A stretch of DNA of 64,000 nt from Hormiphora californensis (Eukaryota; Animalia; Ctenophora), in assembly GCA_020137815.1 (NCBI GenBank), contig CM035362.1, positions 2,356,001 through 2,420,000 of the forward strand, written 5' to 3'. Positions 1 through 35,100 of the stretch are shown here, piece after piece. Within the stretch, counting starts at the first letter, position 1. Every line of letters starts with the position of its first letter. A program made the translations under genes and the position numbers. The notes beneath the pieces were generated by a model. That model ran no database searches. It was not told the origin of the DNA and saw only the letters and a program-made list of their open reading frames with translations.

Positions 1-255
1 TAGTACTCGAGAGAAGACCTACTGCGGGGAGTGAATTTAGTGCAATCTTAGGGGAGAGAAGAGAGACCAGTGAAAACTCGGAAAATAAACACGTGACATA
101 TCGGGCAAACATTTAACATACTTTCTTCACGGCCTAACTCGGGACTATCTCTCTCTTGCTCTCGGCTCCAGACTTCGGCGAGCCGCTCGCTTCTCCGCGA
201 CGTCGTCACGATCGTCGAGGGGGCCTCTCGCGTACTCTCGTACGTCTGACACACT

Positions 256-259
256 CTTC

Positions 260-290
<31 letters not shown>

Positions 291-304
291 TCTCTATCCT
301 CACT

Positions 305-376
<72 letters not shown>

Positions 377-397
377 TCTCTCTCTCCCTCTCTCTCT
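256..397. repeat. (CT)n microsatellite
   Basis: Direct reading. Other (GA/CT)n tracts lie at ~1758-1942, 4198-4296, 6017-6105, 20480-20550, 21864-21920, 26105-26150, 46095-46140 and 56096-56230. Confidence 0.95.
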
Positions 398-1808
398 CCT
401 AACAACTGTAACTGATACAGATCATACCAGAACAATGTGGAAGAAACAAAAGTAAAACAACTTCACCAGTGGAGTAACAAATGGTGAACTAACATAACCG
501 TGAACTGACAAAAGAAAGGGACGGTTCAATAACAAACGAACAATAACCTCACTTTGTATCATACAATTAGTGCCAATTAAACAATGGTCCCAGCTATGAC
601 TGTAAGGCCTTGTTCTGTGACTGTTGGATACAAGGTAAGCCAACTAAGCTAGATAGGTTAATTCTAGGGCCTTTAATTGATAGAAAGGCCCAATTGAAAC
701 AGACAACACTAAGTATAAAAAGGCATCCAATTCTAATTGTATCGGTAAGGCATTCTCTAGAACAAACTGATACGGTTGCTAATTAGTTGTCTCACAAAAC
801 TCAAAACTGCATGCCCCGAGTCCTATCGTGCGGGACGTTACAGTAATTGGACAACTTATTGGACAACTTGGGTACTCGACAGTAAAGCATTACAGGGAAT
901 TGATTCTAACGAACTTGAAATTCTTGACTCTCATTCAACTACTCAGCCTCAGTTACAAGGGGTTGCAAATTACATCTGCAGAACGAGAGAAAAATACTAT
1001 TTTACTATTTTACTAATTAATAAGTTGGAATTCGAGCTTTCAAACGAGTTACTGCACACAGGGGTTTCTTAATGTGTAGCTCACACTGCATTTTATTTCA
1101 TAATAGAGCGAGCGTGCTATGTTAGGGTTCGGCTGTTGGCAGAGCAGGGTCTTCTTAGTAGTAAACAAGCTAAGAGCTAGGTTCATTTTGACACATAGGT
1201 CATTTTCCGAGAGGCACGTGCATGTTTGCCGGGGGAAGAAGCGAAAGAGTCCTTTGACAAACTGCTAGGTTGGATATAACGATTAGCTTAAGTTATGTCC
1301 GGGTGGTAATAGGTACTGGATAGTAGCCAACAAATGATATTGCGGATATTGAGCATAGAAGAACATTATATCCAATATCTTTCAGTTTTCTAATTCCTTT
1401 CATCTCACCGTCCTACTCCGACAAATTTATCAATTACAACTGGATACTCTGATTTCTGAACCGGATTATATGACAAAGCAAACTGAACTGGACTAACTTT
1501 ATGTGATCTGCTATCTGTGGATTTATATCTTCTCACGTATCCCCTCCCTCTCTTTATGATTATGAAACTTTATAACTCTCTCTTCTACTTTCTTAGAACT
1601 CTCTCCCTCTCTCTATCTCTCTCTCTTCCTGATTATGAAACTTTATAACTCTCTCTTCTACTTTCTTAGAACTCTCTGTCTTCACCCTAAGGTTATACTG
1701 AGATATTACGTTACAAGCATGCACAAGTATAAAACAGGACACAAAAGAAAGACCTTCAGAGAGAGAGAGGGAGGGAGGGGAAGAGAGAGAGAGAGGGAGA
1801 GAGAGAGG

Positions 1809-1944
<136 letters not shown>

Positions 1945-2336
1945 AAGAAAACAGATGCATGATTCATTGAGAACGCCACCCAGTCTACCATAAGGGTCGC
2001 TGTTTTTAAAAACCGAAAATGAAGAGAAATTTAGAAAGCTATATGGACCAGTAATTATGCCGACGCAAGTTTTAATTTAAAATTTCATGCACATGGCGTG
2101 AACAAAGAAGGACACTCTGCTCAGAGAATACCCACAGACATTCAGACAACAAAAACAGATGCCAGGGAAACTAGGAACAAGAAGGAACGAACAATTAGGA
2201 CACAAAAGAAATAGGAAATGCTAAGATACAACAAAGAAACCCAAACAGGACTAAAATTTCAATCAGAAATAATTAGGACACAGACAGAAATTCTAGATTG
2301 TGACGAAAAGAAAACATGGACAGAAAGACAACAGTT

Positions 2337-2520
2337 ACAGTGCTGCTTGTAGTCGTATTACCGTAATGGAAATACAGTAAGGAGACGCGCACGTTGCATT
2401 ACACGCGACAAAAAGTGCATGTGTTCAGCACGTACTAGCGCCCTGATTGGCCACGGTTGCGCGTCGTCTTACTGTATCTCAGTTTTCCATTACCGTTTTC
2501 CCACTACAAGCGACCGTGTA
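2337..2520. mobile_element. Small palindromic MITE-like element
   Basis: Inverted blocks GCTTGTAGT/ACTACAAGC, GTAATGGAAA/TTTCCATTAC, ATACAGTAAG/CTTACTGTAT, GACGCGCA/TGCGCGTC. Confidence 0.6.
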
Positions 2521-2654
2521 AGGACACACAGCCCAGACAGAAGTTCTAGAAAATTAGGGAACGACAAACAGAAAATATATGTCCCCAACAAGGCCCCACC
2601 CTGGCCTAGTGTCAACTTGCCAACTAAAACAGAAAATTCTAGAAAGTAACTCAC

Positions 2655-24001
<21,347 letters not shown>

Positions 24002-25265
24002 GATATTTGAGGATGCTAGAGGCTAAATAGGGGTTTACTAAATTACTGATTATTATTGCTTCGAGAAAGGCATGAGCATTGAATAACTGATAGTGACGAA
24101 CTAATGAATTTTCATTCATTAGGTGCGGCCCCGGTGCGGCCACAGCAAAGCCTAAGGATATTCTTTTTAGCAACTTTTGCCAAATCCCTATGGAGATTTG
24201 CACTTTGCTGAGCGTAACCCATGGTTTACTAACAGCTTTAGTAACAAACAAACAATCCCCATCCCAGGCCCCGGTCATGTGATATGGGCGGAGTTGCTAC
24301 TTGCTGTTTTTTAATTTCTTCTTTCCATTCTTCTTTCACCCGAAATCGAAAAGTGGATTTTGGATCCAGCCTTCCTTCGCCGACACTGCACTGTTTCAAA
24401 CGTAGCAGACCCCTGTGCGGCAGTACATAATACGTATACATACAGCACTCTACGATAAAAGATGAGAGTACAAAGTATTAATGATCAAAATGGCGAAAAT
24501 GAAGCCGAAAACGGAAAAAGTTTTTAAGTTATGCAACGAAATTTAAAAACACGATGTAAATTTTATCAAAAATTCGCGCGCGTTTGAAAAAAATAACGAT
24601 TTACGCTGCATTATCGCGCCGCGCGGTCAGATGCAAAATACAAAGTTTGAAACTTTTTTTGAAAAACGTAAAAACGTTTTACAAAATCTTTTTTTGCCGC
24701 TTCTCAAAGCCAAAAAGTACTCACCCTGCACATTATTGACGGCTACCAGGCCGTGGTTATTAGTTCATCAGGAACAGTTGGGGTTTTGGAATGCACAGGG
24801 ACGCCGGACGACGCTAGGCTTTCATCCCAGCATGTCCCTGGGACCCGGGTGTCCGGGGCCAGGGGAGACAGATCCGGTCAGGGGGTGAAACCTTTCCGAA
24901 ATGGTTCGAAAAATGGTTCGGGAGGTTTATTGGATAGATTGAATAAATGGCGGGCTCTTTTGTTCCATGTATTTTCGTTTGTTGCTACTCGTCACTCGTC
25001 AGTCGTCACTGATCAGTGATTCGTGAATCGTGTTCGGGCGGCAAATGTGATGAGGTGCATCGCGATGGCCGATGACTTGGCTGATCGAACTCGCCGTTAA
25101 TTTTGGGAGTTAGGGACAAGTTTTTGAAACGAGTTTCAAGCTGATAACACTCACATACCAATATCAAAACCTGTTACAGAATTATTTAGATTTTAGACTG
25201 GTACAGAATTATTTAGACATCACAAAATGTTTCAAATTTAAACGATCTTGTCCGTGTAGTTGTTC

Positions 25266-26102
25266 ATGATAAGAAGGGAGCAACAACGAACGATTAAGTT
25301 ACTACAATACTTACTACTGTTTAGTTTTATTCAACATATTGAAGGTCAGTTTAATGTACATATTTGTGTTTGAAATTATTAATTGTAAATTGAAATTATT
25401 AATTGTAAAAGAGTCCAATTTTTTATTTAAGCGACAGGCCGCCGCACATCAAAATGCAGCACTTGAAATAGATTTCCGGTTCCTGATAAGCTAGCGACTT
25501 TTTCTTGGTGCCATTGGAAAGATAAAATTTTTATCTTTCCAACGCAACCAGGATCAAGTCTTTATCTTATCAGGAACCGGAGATATGACCAATTAACTAA
25601 TTGAGTGTGCGGCAGCCTGTCGCTTAAATAAAAAATTCGACTATAGGTTCGACAAGGGTCACTGTATAAATACTGTAAAACCATGATACCCCTTGGTGTT
25701 GATTTATTACCCCCCCCCCCCTCAGGTACAACATGTGAGGAGGGACAGTGGTTAAACAATAACGGCAAATGCAAGGACTGCACCGCTGGATACATGTGAG
25801 TTAATTAAACCCATTTCAAACCAAGTTGTTTAAAAAGAATTTTAGTGCGAGGTGTTTTTCAATCCTTCTTTTCGTGTAGTCCAATACTATTTCCATTGAG
25901 AAGGAAATTATCTTAGATTCACTCAAGCAATAATATACATCACTTTTGAGTTTCGTCCTCCCGAATCTTACTTCCCTGGCTCTTTCCCAGTGGGAATTAA
26001 TCCAACTATATGGTTACCATGGGAACACTGAGGTAGTTGATTTTGTTACATTGTGTGCTACCCTGGGTGAATGGCCACCTCATAATGTCACATGATGTAT
26101 GT

Positions 26103-26145
<43 letters not shown>

Positions 26146-29100
26146 TGAGAGAGAGATGGGAGATAAATAGATAGCAATAGAGAGACATAGAGAGAGAATG
26201 AGAGATGTGAAGAGAAAAACATCACTGTTCTATAGTGACCGGTAACTGAATAAGGTGGCACTAAAGACTAACTACTACGCCTTATTTACCGCCCAAGGTC
26301 TACTTGATCATCAGATTTTCACAATTTCACAAGCTGTCTGTCTAATAATTTCTCTCTCTCTTTCTCTCCCTATTTCTATCACCAATTAGCAAGCACGCGA
26401 ATTAACTCTCTCGATGTGCTTGTTTTGACATTCCTGTAAAACATGTATCAAGTATCGACATCTGAATAGGAGGATCTAGACAAAGCAAGAAAAAAGTTAC
26501 AGTTACTAGACAAGACTATTTTATAAACCCACCCCTTTTTTGTCAGATGTTCGGGTGATGCCCGCCAGGCGTGTGGGTCTGGTACCTATAATCCCTACAC
26601 AAAACAATCCTCAACCTCCAGTTGTCTGGTAAGATATTACCTCACACCGTGCTGGTTATAGTCGATATAAAATATATCACCTTCATGATGTTAATCCATT
26701 ATGAAAAACTGTTCCTAACGTTAATCTCAAAAATAGAGAAACTCTTACTCCCCAGTAACACCAGTTTGTAACCCCAATATATCAGCCTATAACCTCCTAA
26801 TTCCCAGGCATGTCCAACGGGTAGGTTGTGCGATGGAACCGCACTATCCTCCTTCTCGGATTGTCCCGCGGGATCCCGGTGTAGAGACGGAGTATCCACT
26901 GTGTGCGGGACTGGGATGTACGCTCCAGCCAACAGTGACACGTGCTTCTCTTGTACTATAGGTGTGTCTCTCTCTTTAGTTAGTGTAACAATCTTACTTT
27001 TTGCTCTCTTTAGTTGATGTAACAATCTTACTTTTGCTCTCTTTAGTTAATGTAACAATCTCATTTTACGAGTTTCTCAGCTAATACCCAAGAACGATCA
27101 CAGACAAAATACCATAATCGAAACCCCTTCTAGGCTCCTACTGTCCAAATACCCAAAATGAGGCACCAACCCAATGTGGAACTGGGACCTACACTGACAA
27201 GATAGAGCAGGCCTCATGCCTAACTTGTACTGCGGGATGGGCCTGCCAAAATGGCCAACGAACCGGTATGTAGTCAACAATCCCATATTTGGTTATGTTT
27301 CAATGGAATTCAACATTGAGGCTGAGCCTTCAGCCTCTACTATTCATGTATTTTTATTTCCATGGCAACTGAAGTTTCACCTTATTTTCAGGTCAGTGTG
27401 AGGCAGGTACAGCCAGTTCGGAGGGTTCCGATGGGTGTACCAGCTGTTCCACTGGACAATACGCTCCCGCTGGTTCTAGTTCTTGTTCTACCTGCGAAAA
27501 TGGGTGAGTCGTGCTAGGTGTTTCTTAATTTACGACGGCTGTTGGGCGTTGGCAATGGTCTGATAAAGTAGAAACTGCCTATTACCAAAAATAACTCCCT
27601 CCCTAGGTACTACTGCCCAACGACTGCCCAACAGCTCCCCTGCCCGACCGGCTGGGTGACAGACACCTCGAGCACCCGGACCAGCTGTAAGACCTGTCCT
27701 GACGGGAAAATGGCGGGAAATAATTTAGCGAGCTGTAAAAACTGTGAACCTGGCAAGAACTGTGCCGACCCGACGTGAGTTAGAAATATTACACAGTGCT
27801 CCATATCCAGGATAAAATTTCTATATCAATGTCTTTCCTGTTCATCCAACTCACCACTACAGAAGCCCTCCAATCAAAGACCCTCACCCATCACCCCCCC
27901 CCCTCTTATCCAGGAGCCCGGTGTTATGTGAGATTGGCACCTACTCAACAGGGGGAAAGGTAACAGAGTGTACAACCTGTCCAGCAGGTTCTTACTGTCC
28001 TACAACCGGCCTAACCAATCACATTACTTGTAAGTGATATCAAGGAATTAGGAATGAGTAGTTTTTACTGATCATATTTGCATTTTACGTGTCAGAAATT
28101 TTACAAAAAGATGATCACTATGGGACCTACTAAATCAGTATCCCTCCCTCGCAGGTACGGTATACAGTTCAGCAGGATCGATATCATGTACGGGGTGTCC
28201 AGGAGGATTCTCCTGCCCAACCACGGCAACTAAAACCACCTGTACAGCCGGGTCATACAGCCCTGACGCAGGTGGGTGTGCGCAAAGTTATTGGCGAGTT
28301 TGTCGGATCTTTTTGGGTTTTTTCTTAAAACAATCATCTTTGGCGGCTTGCCATAACTATGATCATAGTGTACGCTGTGTACAAAGTTTTGCTTTCACAC
28401 ACGTCACACACATACACAATTTCTCTCCCTTTCTAGCTCTCCCCTTCTCTTCCCATCTCTCTATCTTTCTCCCTCTCTCTTCCTGGCAACTTGTATCCGT
28501 TATCCACTTACCGCGGTTGCCATAGTAACCTGGATACTCCCGCGGCAACTTTTTGTCTCTCATCAATTGGGGTTAATTTTCAAAACAACCAAAACATGTC
28601 TGGAAATTGGTTCTAGTTATACTGAAGTGGATGGAATTAAAAATGGAATTAAAGAGATTCCTGTTACTATAGAAACTAATGTACTCCGTCGTGACCTCAT
28701 ACATTTATCTTCCTAACTCTCTCTGCCATCCTTCTTTCTCCCTCTTTGTCTTTCTATCCCCCCTCTTCATCTCTCTCACCCACTTTTAGAGCTCAGGTGG
28801 CTCGTAGGTCCTAGGCCGGCTCCCTTTCTAAGCTCGCCCCCATTCCCTTTCAACATCCAACTAACCGCCTGACACTTATGCCACGCAAAAGAAATACCAA
28901 TCAAATGAACACAAATGACAACACAATAATACAGAACCCCTGTCCTCAGATGACGTGTGCAGCAACTGTCCCAAGGGTCATGAATGCCCAATTGATGGTA
29001 TGTCCTCTCCAACTGAGTGTGAAACTGGCACCTACTCTACCACCACCGGGTAATTTCCCATAGTAATCTCCCATAGTTATTAGTGTCATAGTAGTCATAA

Positions 29101-32100
29101 TCGTTGACAGAGCGCATCTCTCATGATCACTGAGAGTCAGTAAATGCTGAGAGAGCTAGGCAAAATAACAAGAATTGAAGTCGCTTTTGCTCCAGCACAG
29201 CTGTTAGTTCAGTATTTGTGTGAGCCCACTATGTTCAGTAATTGTTCCCCATCACCCTCTCTCTCGAATGCCCCCAGTGTCTCAGTTTGACCCCCCTTCC
29301 TCAGCTTCAGATCATTAATAACTCTCCAACCTCATCCCTCATCCTTTTTCCCCTTCCTGTAACTCCATCCCTCCTCTTCCTCAGATCGTCTAGCTGTACC
29401 GATTGTCCGGACAACAAATACTGTCCCAGTACCATATCCACCCCACTAACATGCGACACTACAACTCACTACATAACGGCTGATAAGACGGACTGTATAC
29501 AGTGTCCTGCCGGGTATGCGTGTAGTGATGAGGGTGCTGTCAACCTTTGTCCTACTGGATCTTACAGGTAATTGCGTGTGTTACCATGGTTACCATGGTT
29601 AACATTGTTACTATGGTTACCATTATATTGGTTAACATTTAACGTTCCAAACCATTGGTCATGACATTAGTTAGGTTACCAAACATGTAACTATTAGTGG
29701 GTGACTAATATTCCAATATATTTCTAGTAACGCTGGAGAGATGACGTGTACCAGTTGTCCAGCGGGTAACTCTTGTAATCTACAAACCACTATCACCTGT
29801 GATGCAGGTATGCTACTCTATCAATTAATAATTAATTAGATGATTAATGTACTTTGAATTTTGTTTGTCCCATGGATTTAAATTGAAATACAAAAAGCAA
29901 GATTGGGCTATTTCATTTCACAATTAATTAACTAATCACCAAACAGGTTACTACAGTCTAAATGGAGAGTACAACTGCCAGAAGTGTCCTGCTGGGTACT
30001 CCTGTACTAATGATGCCGCCCCCTCACCTTGCTCCGAAGGATGGTACTCTCTGGCCGGGGAAATGAGTTGTACTAAGTGTCTTGCTGGTTACTACTGCCC
30101 TACTACCATGTTAGTTTGTCTGTTTGTATTTGTTTGTGTGTTAGTGGAAAATGATTTTTCAGTCACTTTGCCCAGATTTCAACTGGATCCCCTCCCCTGT
30201 TCCCTCAATAAATCACAATCTCCCCTCCCCTCCAGTTCCACTCCGGTTGAGTGTCCAGACGGGTACTACAGTGCCAAGGGGGCATCCTCCTGTACGCTCT
30301 GTGCAGCAGGGAGTGAGTGTGATGGCACTTCCCAGACAGAGTGTAATAGTGGGTGGTGGTCCCTAGCTGGGTATGCAGAGTGTATCAAATGTGAAGATGG
30401 TGAGTGCAACGGAGTGTGATAAATAGTGTAAGACGTAAGTTCCCATGGGTAACAAAACTAGCAAGAAAGACCATCTGTAAAAATATTGGGATGATTTTCA
30501 TCTTGGTTTCATTTCAGGTTATGCGTGTACTGCAAAAGACAAACGACCCATCGCGTGTGATCTGGGAACATACGCTAAAGCTGGTGATACCGAGTGTACC
30601 GTTTGTGAAGCTGGATCGTAAGTTTTACTACTCCTTCATTAAACATTTCATGCTCCTTCATAAAACATACCATGCTCCTTTATAAAACCTATCGTGCTCC
30701 TTCATAAAACCTATCATGCTCCTTCATGAAAAATTTCCTGCTCCTTCATTAAACATTTCATGCTCCTTCATAAAACATACCATGCTCCTTTATAAAACCT
30801 ATCGTGCTCCTTCATAAAACCTATCATGCTCCTTCACAATTCTCACCACCAGGTACTGTCCAGTGACGACTGGTACGGGTAGTAAACAGCCATGTCCGAC
30901 TGGTAGTTTCGCAGAGGATGGCCAATGGAATTGTACCATGTGTTCCCCCGGTTATTACTGTAACAACACGGCACTTCCCCTGCAGTAAGTGTGCTCCTTC
31001 ATAAATATTTTTCAGTGCTCCTTCATAAAAACTCCCGCTACTCCTTCATAAACACAATCACCCCCAGGACCGCCTGCGAGGAAGGCTGGTACTCAACCTC
31101 CGGAGCTGACACATGTACCATCTGTCCCGCGGGGAGCAAGTGCCCAACCTCAGATGAACAACCAACAAAGTGTGAAGCAGGGACCTACAGTGACAATGGG
31201 AAGATATCGTGTACAAGTTGTCTGGCGGGGTATCAGTGTAGTAACCCCGCTGCCATGGCTGTCTGTCCGAGTGGGTTTTATGCGACTGGAGGTGCGACCA
31301 AGTGTAACCCTTGTTACGCGGGTTACCTTTGCCCAGAGGTTAGTAATACTGTGTTCTTGAACCACGATATTATATACCTGTTTTCTATTTTATTAATGAA
31401 GTTTATAGAGCGAATAAGGCGAGTTCAACTGCAGCATACAAAATCCTTTTAACCAAACTTGTTCAGGGTTCAACAACACCCACAAAGGTTGACTGTGAAA
31501 AGGGTGGTTATTGCGATGGGCAGTTCTTCTATCCGTGCCCTGCAGGAACATACAATCCAAACAGAAGTAAGAAAGAGAGAATTTGCCTTTTGACCCTCTC
31601 TCTCACCTTTTGAAGCATGTTGGGACATTACAAGGGAGAATTAGATGAAACACGAAATGATGCTGTGATTCACAGTTGTTACTTTCAGATGGTCAGTCTG
31701 CTAAATCGTGTATTCCATGTTCCGCTGGGAACTACTGCCAAGGTCCAGGAGAGACAGAGGATGGGGTGACGTGCCCAAAAGGGTCAGTAGAGAGACAAGA
31801 GATATCCTCTTTAGTAATAGTTGGCAAAGCTTTACTGGGGTGTTTGGCAACAATCTCTGGCTACTTTTGTTACAAACAGTTCATGAAATAGATCTGCAGG
31901 AATTGTTTTGATCTAGCTTGCTACTTGATAGCCGCCAGCAAAATTCTCCCGCACACAAGTGTGTCGCGCGCAACTCCTCCGATGTAATGGAAGTACACCA
32001 GGGGTGGTGTCAGCAGTGTGGGTTATTAGTGCGCGCCCCGGGAAATTGTCCACATTAATAGTGCGCTGACAAGGAACACAACGTTTCTCTTCGGGCTATG

Positions 32101-35100
32101 CAGACTTACACCCCACTGTACCATCTCGGTATATTTTGTCGCCCTATCCCTAAAAACCTGCTAATTATTCCAGGTATTATTGTGTAATTGGGACAATCCA
32201 CTCCTATCGTTTGCCTTGTCCAGCGGGCACCTACAATGACCAGTTGGGTCAGAGTGAGGTGACGGCATGTAAACCTTGCCCAGCAGGAAAATATTGCACC
32301 CAAGCATCTACCAATGCAGGTGAGTTGATAACTTGTCTATAACTTCATAGTTTGGAAGTTTTAGTCTCAGTAGTCAGTATAATTGAGTCTACATCACAAT
32401 GATCAAGGATTCTGAAGGGTGGAGCTAGATCACTTTTCAAACTTTTAGTAAATTTCCCATCTCCAGATCAGGATTGCTTGCGAGCATTCTACTGTAAATT
32501 GGGCACTAAAGTGTCGGAGGTGTTATCGTGTCCTGCAGGAACGTATTCCAACAAGGAAGGGCTATCAGCACCAGAGGAATGTACCGACTGTGAAGCCGGT
32601 AAGATATCCTAACTTCCTAATATGTTATCCTAATTAACTCTAATTAACGTCTGATTATTTCCTAATTACACCCTAATTACTCCATAATTACACGTGTTAC
32701 AGGTTACTATTGCCCGCTGGGTGATACTGATCACCCATCTTGGGTGATGAAGCCATGTGCAGCTGGAACTTACAACCCACTTACTGCGGTAAGCGTTGAA
32801 TTAATATTAATTAGTTTAATTAGTTTGCCCCTCCTAGGCCATTCTGATTGATTTGCCACTATTTGGTTGAAATGTTATACATGGTTTACCGCTGTTTCCA
32901 TGGTTACATCCTATGTCCCAACAACATGGATTATAATGATACCCCAACAACTATACCAACTCCCCCCCCCCCCCTCTTAGCAAGGTGATGTGTCAGCGTG
33001 TCAGCCTTGTCCGGCTGGTGTTAGTTGTCCTAATGAAGCCACCTCCTCCACTGCCAATTCGGAGGATTGCCCCCTGGGATATTACTGTCCCGAGGGTACT
33101 AGCGATGGCACAGACTTTCCTTGTCCCCCAGGTAGGTACTGTAAGGGTACATGCCAAAGCATAGTCGGGCCCATGAGGGTGGGCCGGCTCTAGAATGAGT
33201 AGATCGATGGATCGTTACTTGGGTATCAAATGGGTATCAAATTACCACTTGTTCACACTAATCATTTCAGAAATGTATGGTGCAGCCACAAAGCTAAAAG
33301 CTGACACGGAATGTACGGCCTGTACTGGAGGTAGGTTATATCCGGTAACCATGGTTACAACTAGTTCGACGGTGGTAACTGGTATTATATTGGTATGAGG
33401 TTACTAATTGTTGTTACATAGTGGGCATGTAACTAATTACTCGATATATATTCAATACAGGATCGTTTTGTGATGGCAAGGGAAAACAACCGGAGATATG
33501 TCCAGTTGGTCACTACTGTCCAGCAGGGGAAACAAGTTACGGAAATCAGTTTCCCTGTCCCTCTGGAACTTATAATCCATCAACTGGGTAAGAAGAGATC
33601 TTCAGTTTCAACTTAGATTCAACTTAGTTTTAACTTAGTTTTAACTTATATATATGGCCTTGTCCACCTACATACAAGTTTTTAGCCCACCTACTCATAC
33701 AGTCCATGCCTAAATCATCACCTTATCAGGCTGAAATTGGAGAGTGAATGTACGAAATGTACCGCTGGAAGCTACTGTGATGGAGGGGATCACGCCATCA
33801 CAGGAACATGTCCAACCGGGTACTACTGTCCTGAAGGTAAGTACTGTAGTGTTACCATGGTTACCAACCGGGTACTACTGCCCTGAGGGTGAGTACTGTA
33901 GTGTTACCATGGTTACCAACCAATTGAAATACACTAACATAGCTCCTAACCATGTAATGGCATCTTGCAGGTACGACCCGTTCCGACCAGTATCCCTGTC
34001 CCCCGGGTAAGTACAGAGACACGGAGGGTGGAACTGCAGAGGGATCCTGTAAGTCCTGCCCGGCCGGTCAGTACTGTGAGACTGCATCTACAACACCTGA
34101 AGACTGCCCCGCTGGAACGTACGGAGTTTCTACTGAGACAGGTAACAGGTGTCAGAGCATTGGACCTGTTCGCATTTCCTGTTCTGTGTGCGGAGCGCGT
34201 GTGAACCTCGGTCAGAACATTGGCTTGACTGGGTATACCATCTGTGTATAACTGACCCTTCTTGTACAAGACATGGGCGCGGTGAGATTATTGAGCAAGG
34301 TCTAGTATAAATTATTTCTGAGATGCTGGTCCTTTGAGGGTGATCTCAGCAAGTTGACCTGCTATTGCTAAAAATACTTTTCCAGGACTCCAGGCAGTAT
34401 CTGACTGCACGGACTGTGAAGCAGGAAGGAAGTGCCCCCAACCGGGAACCCTAGATACTGAAGTGGAGAAATGCTTGAAAGGTATCTAATTGCGAACAAT
34501 TGTGTAATCCCTTTCATGTAACCATGGTGACTATGGTAACTATGGTAACCTCTTGTTTCAGGAACATTCTCCAAGACAAAGAGTGATGCGTGTACGGAGT
34601 GTAGTGCTGGTTACTACTGCGATGTAGATGAGCTGAGTGAGACAGTGATGAAGGGGAGCAAGGCATGTCCTGCTGGATCTTACTGTCCCGCTGGTGAGAT
34701 ATTTAGCATTAATATAAATCGGTAACCCAGATACCAGAACCTGAAAAATTGTGAAGATTTGAAGTCATAAAATATCGTATTAATAAGAGAATTTTAGCTA
34801 AATAAGGGCCGAAACTAGGGAAAAATTTGTAACAAGCTAATTCCTTCACCAATTGGTCCCTATGGGTCCCTAGAATCACCGAAAAAAAATCACAAAAAAT
34901 CCGCGATGGCTAAGTTGGGTTTTTGGACCACGCCCTTTTGCCTGTATTTTCAGTGATATGGTTAAAAATATAAATTCTCTTAGAATAGGAGTAGAGAAGA
35001 AAATAAGGACACTAAAGTGTGTAGCGTCCTCGCATTAGTGGGGGTAGACAACCATGAAAAGTCTCTATCTCATTTGGTTAATTAGATAATTGGATAATTA

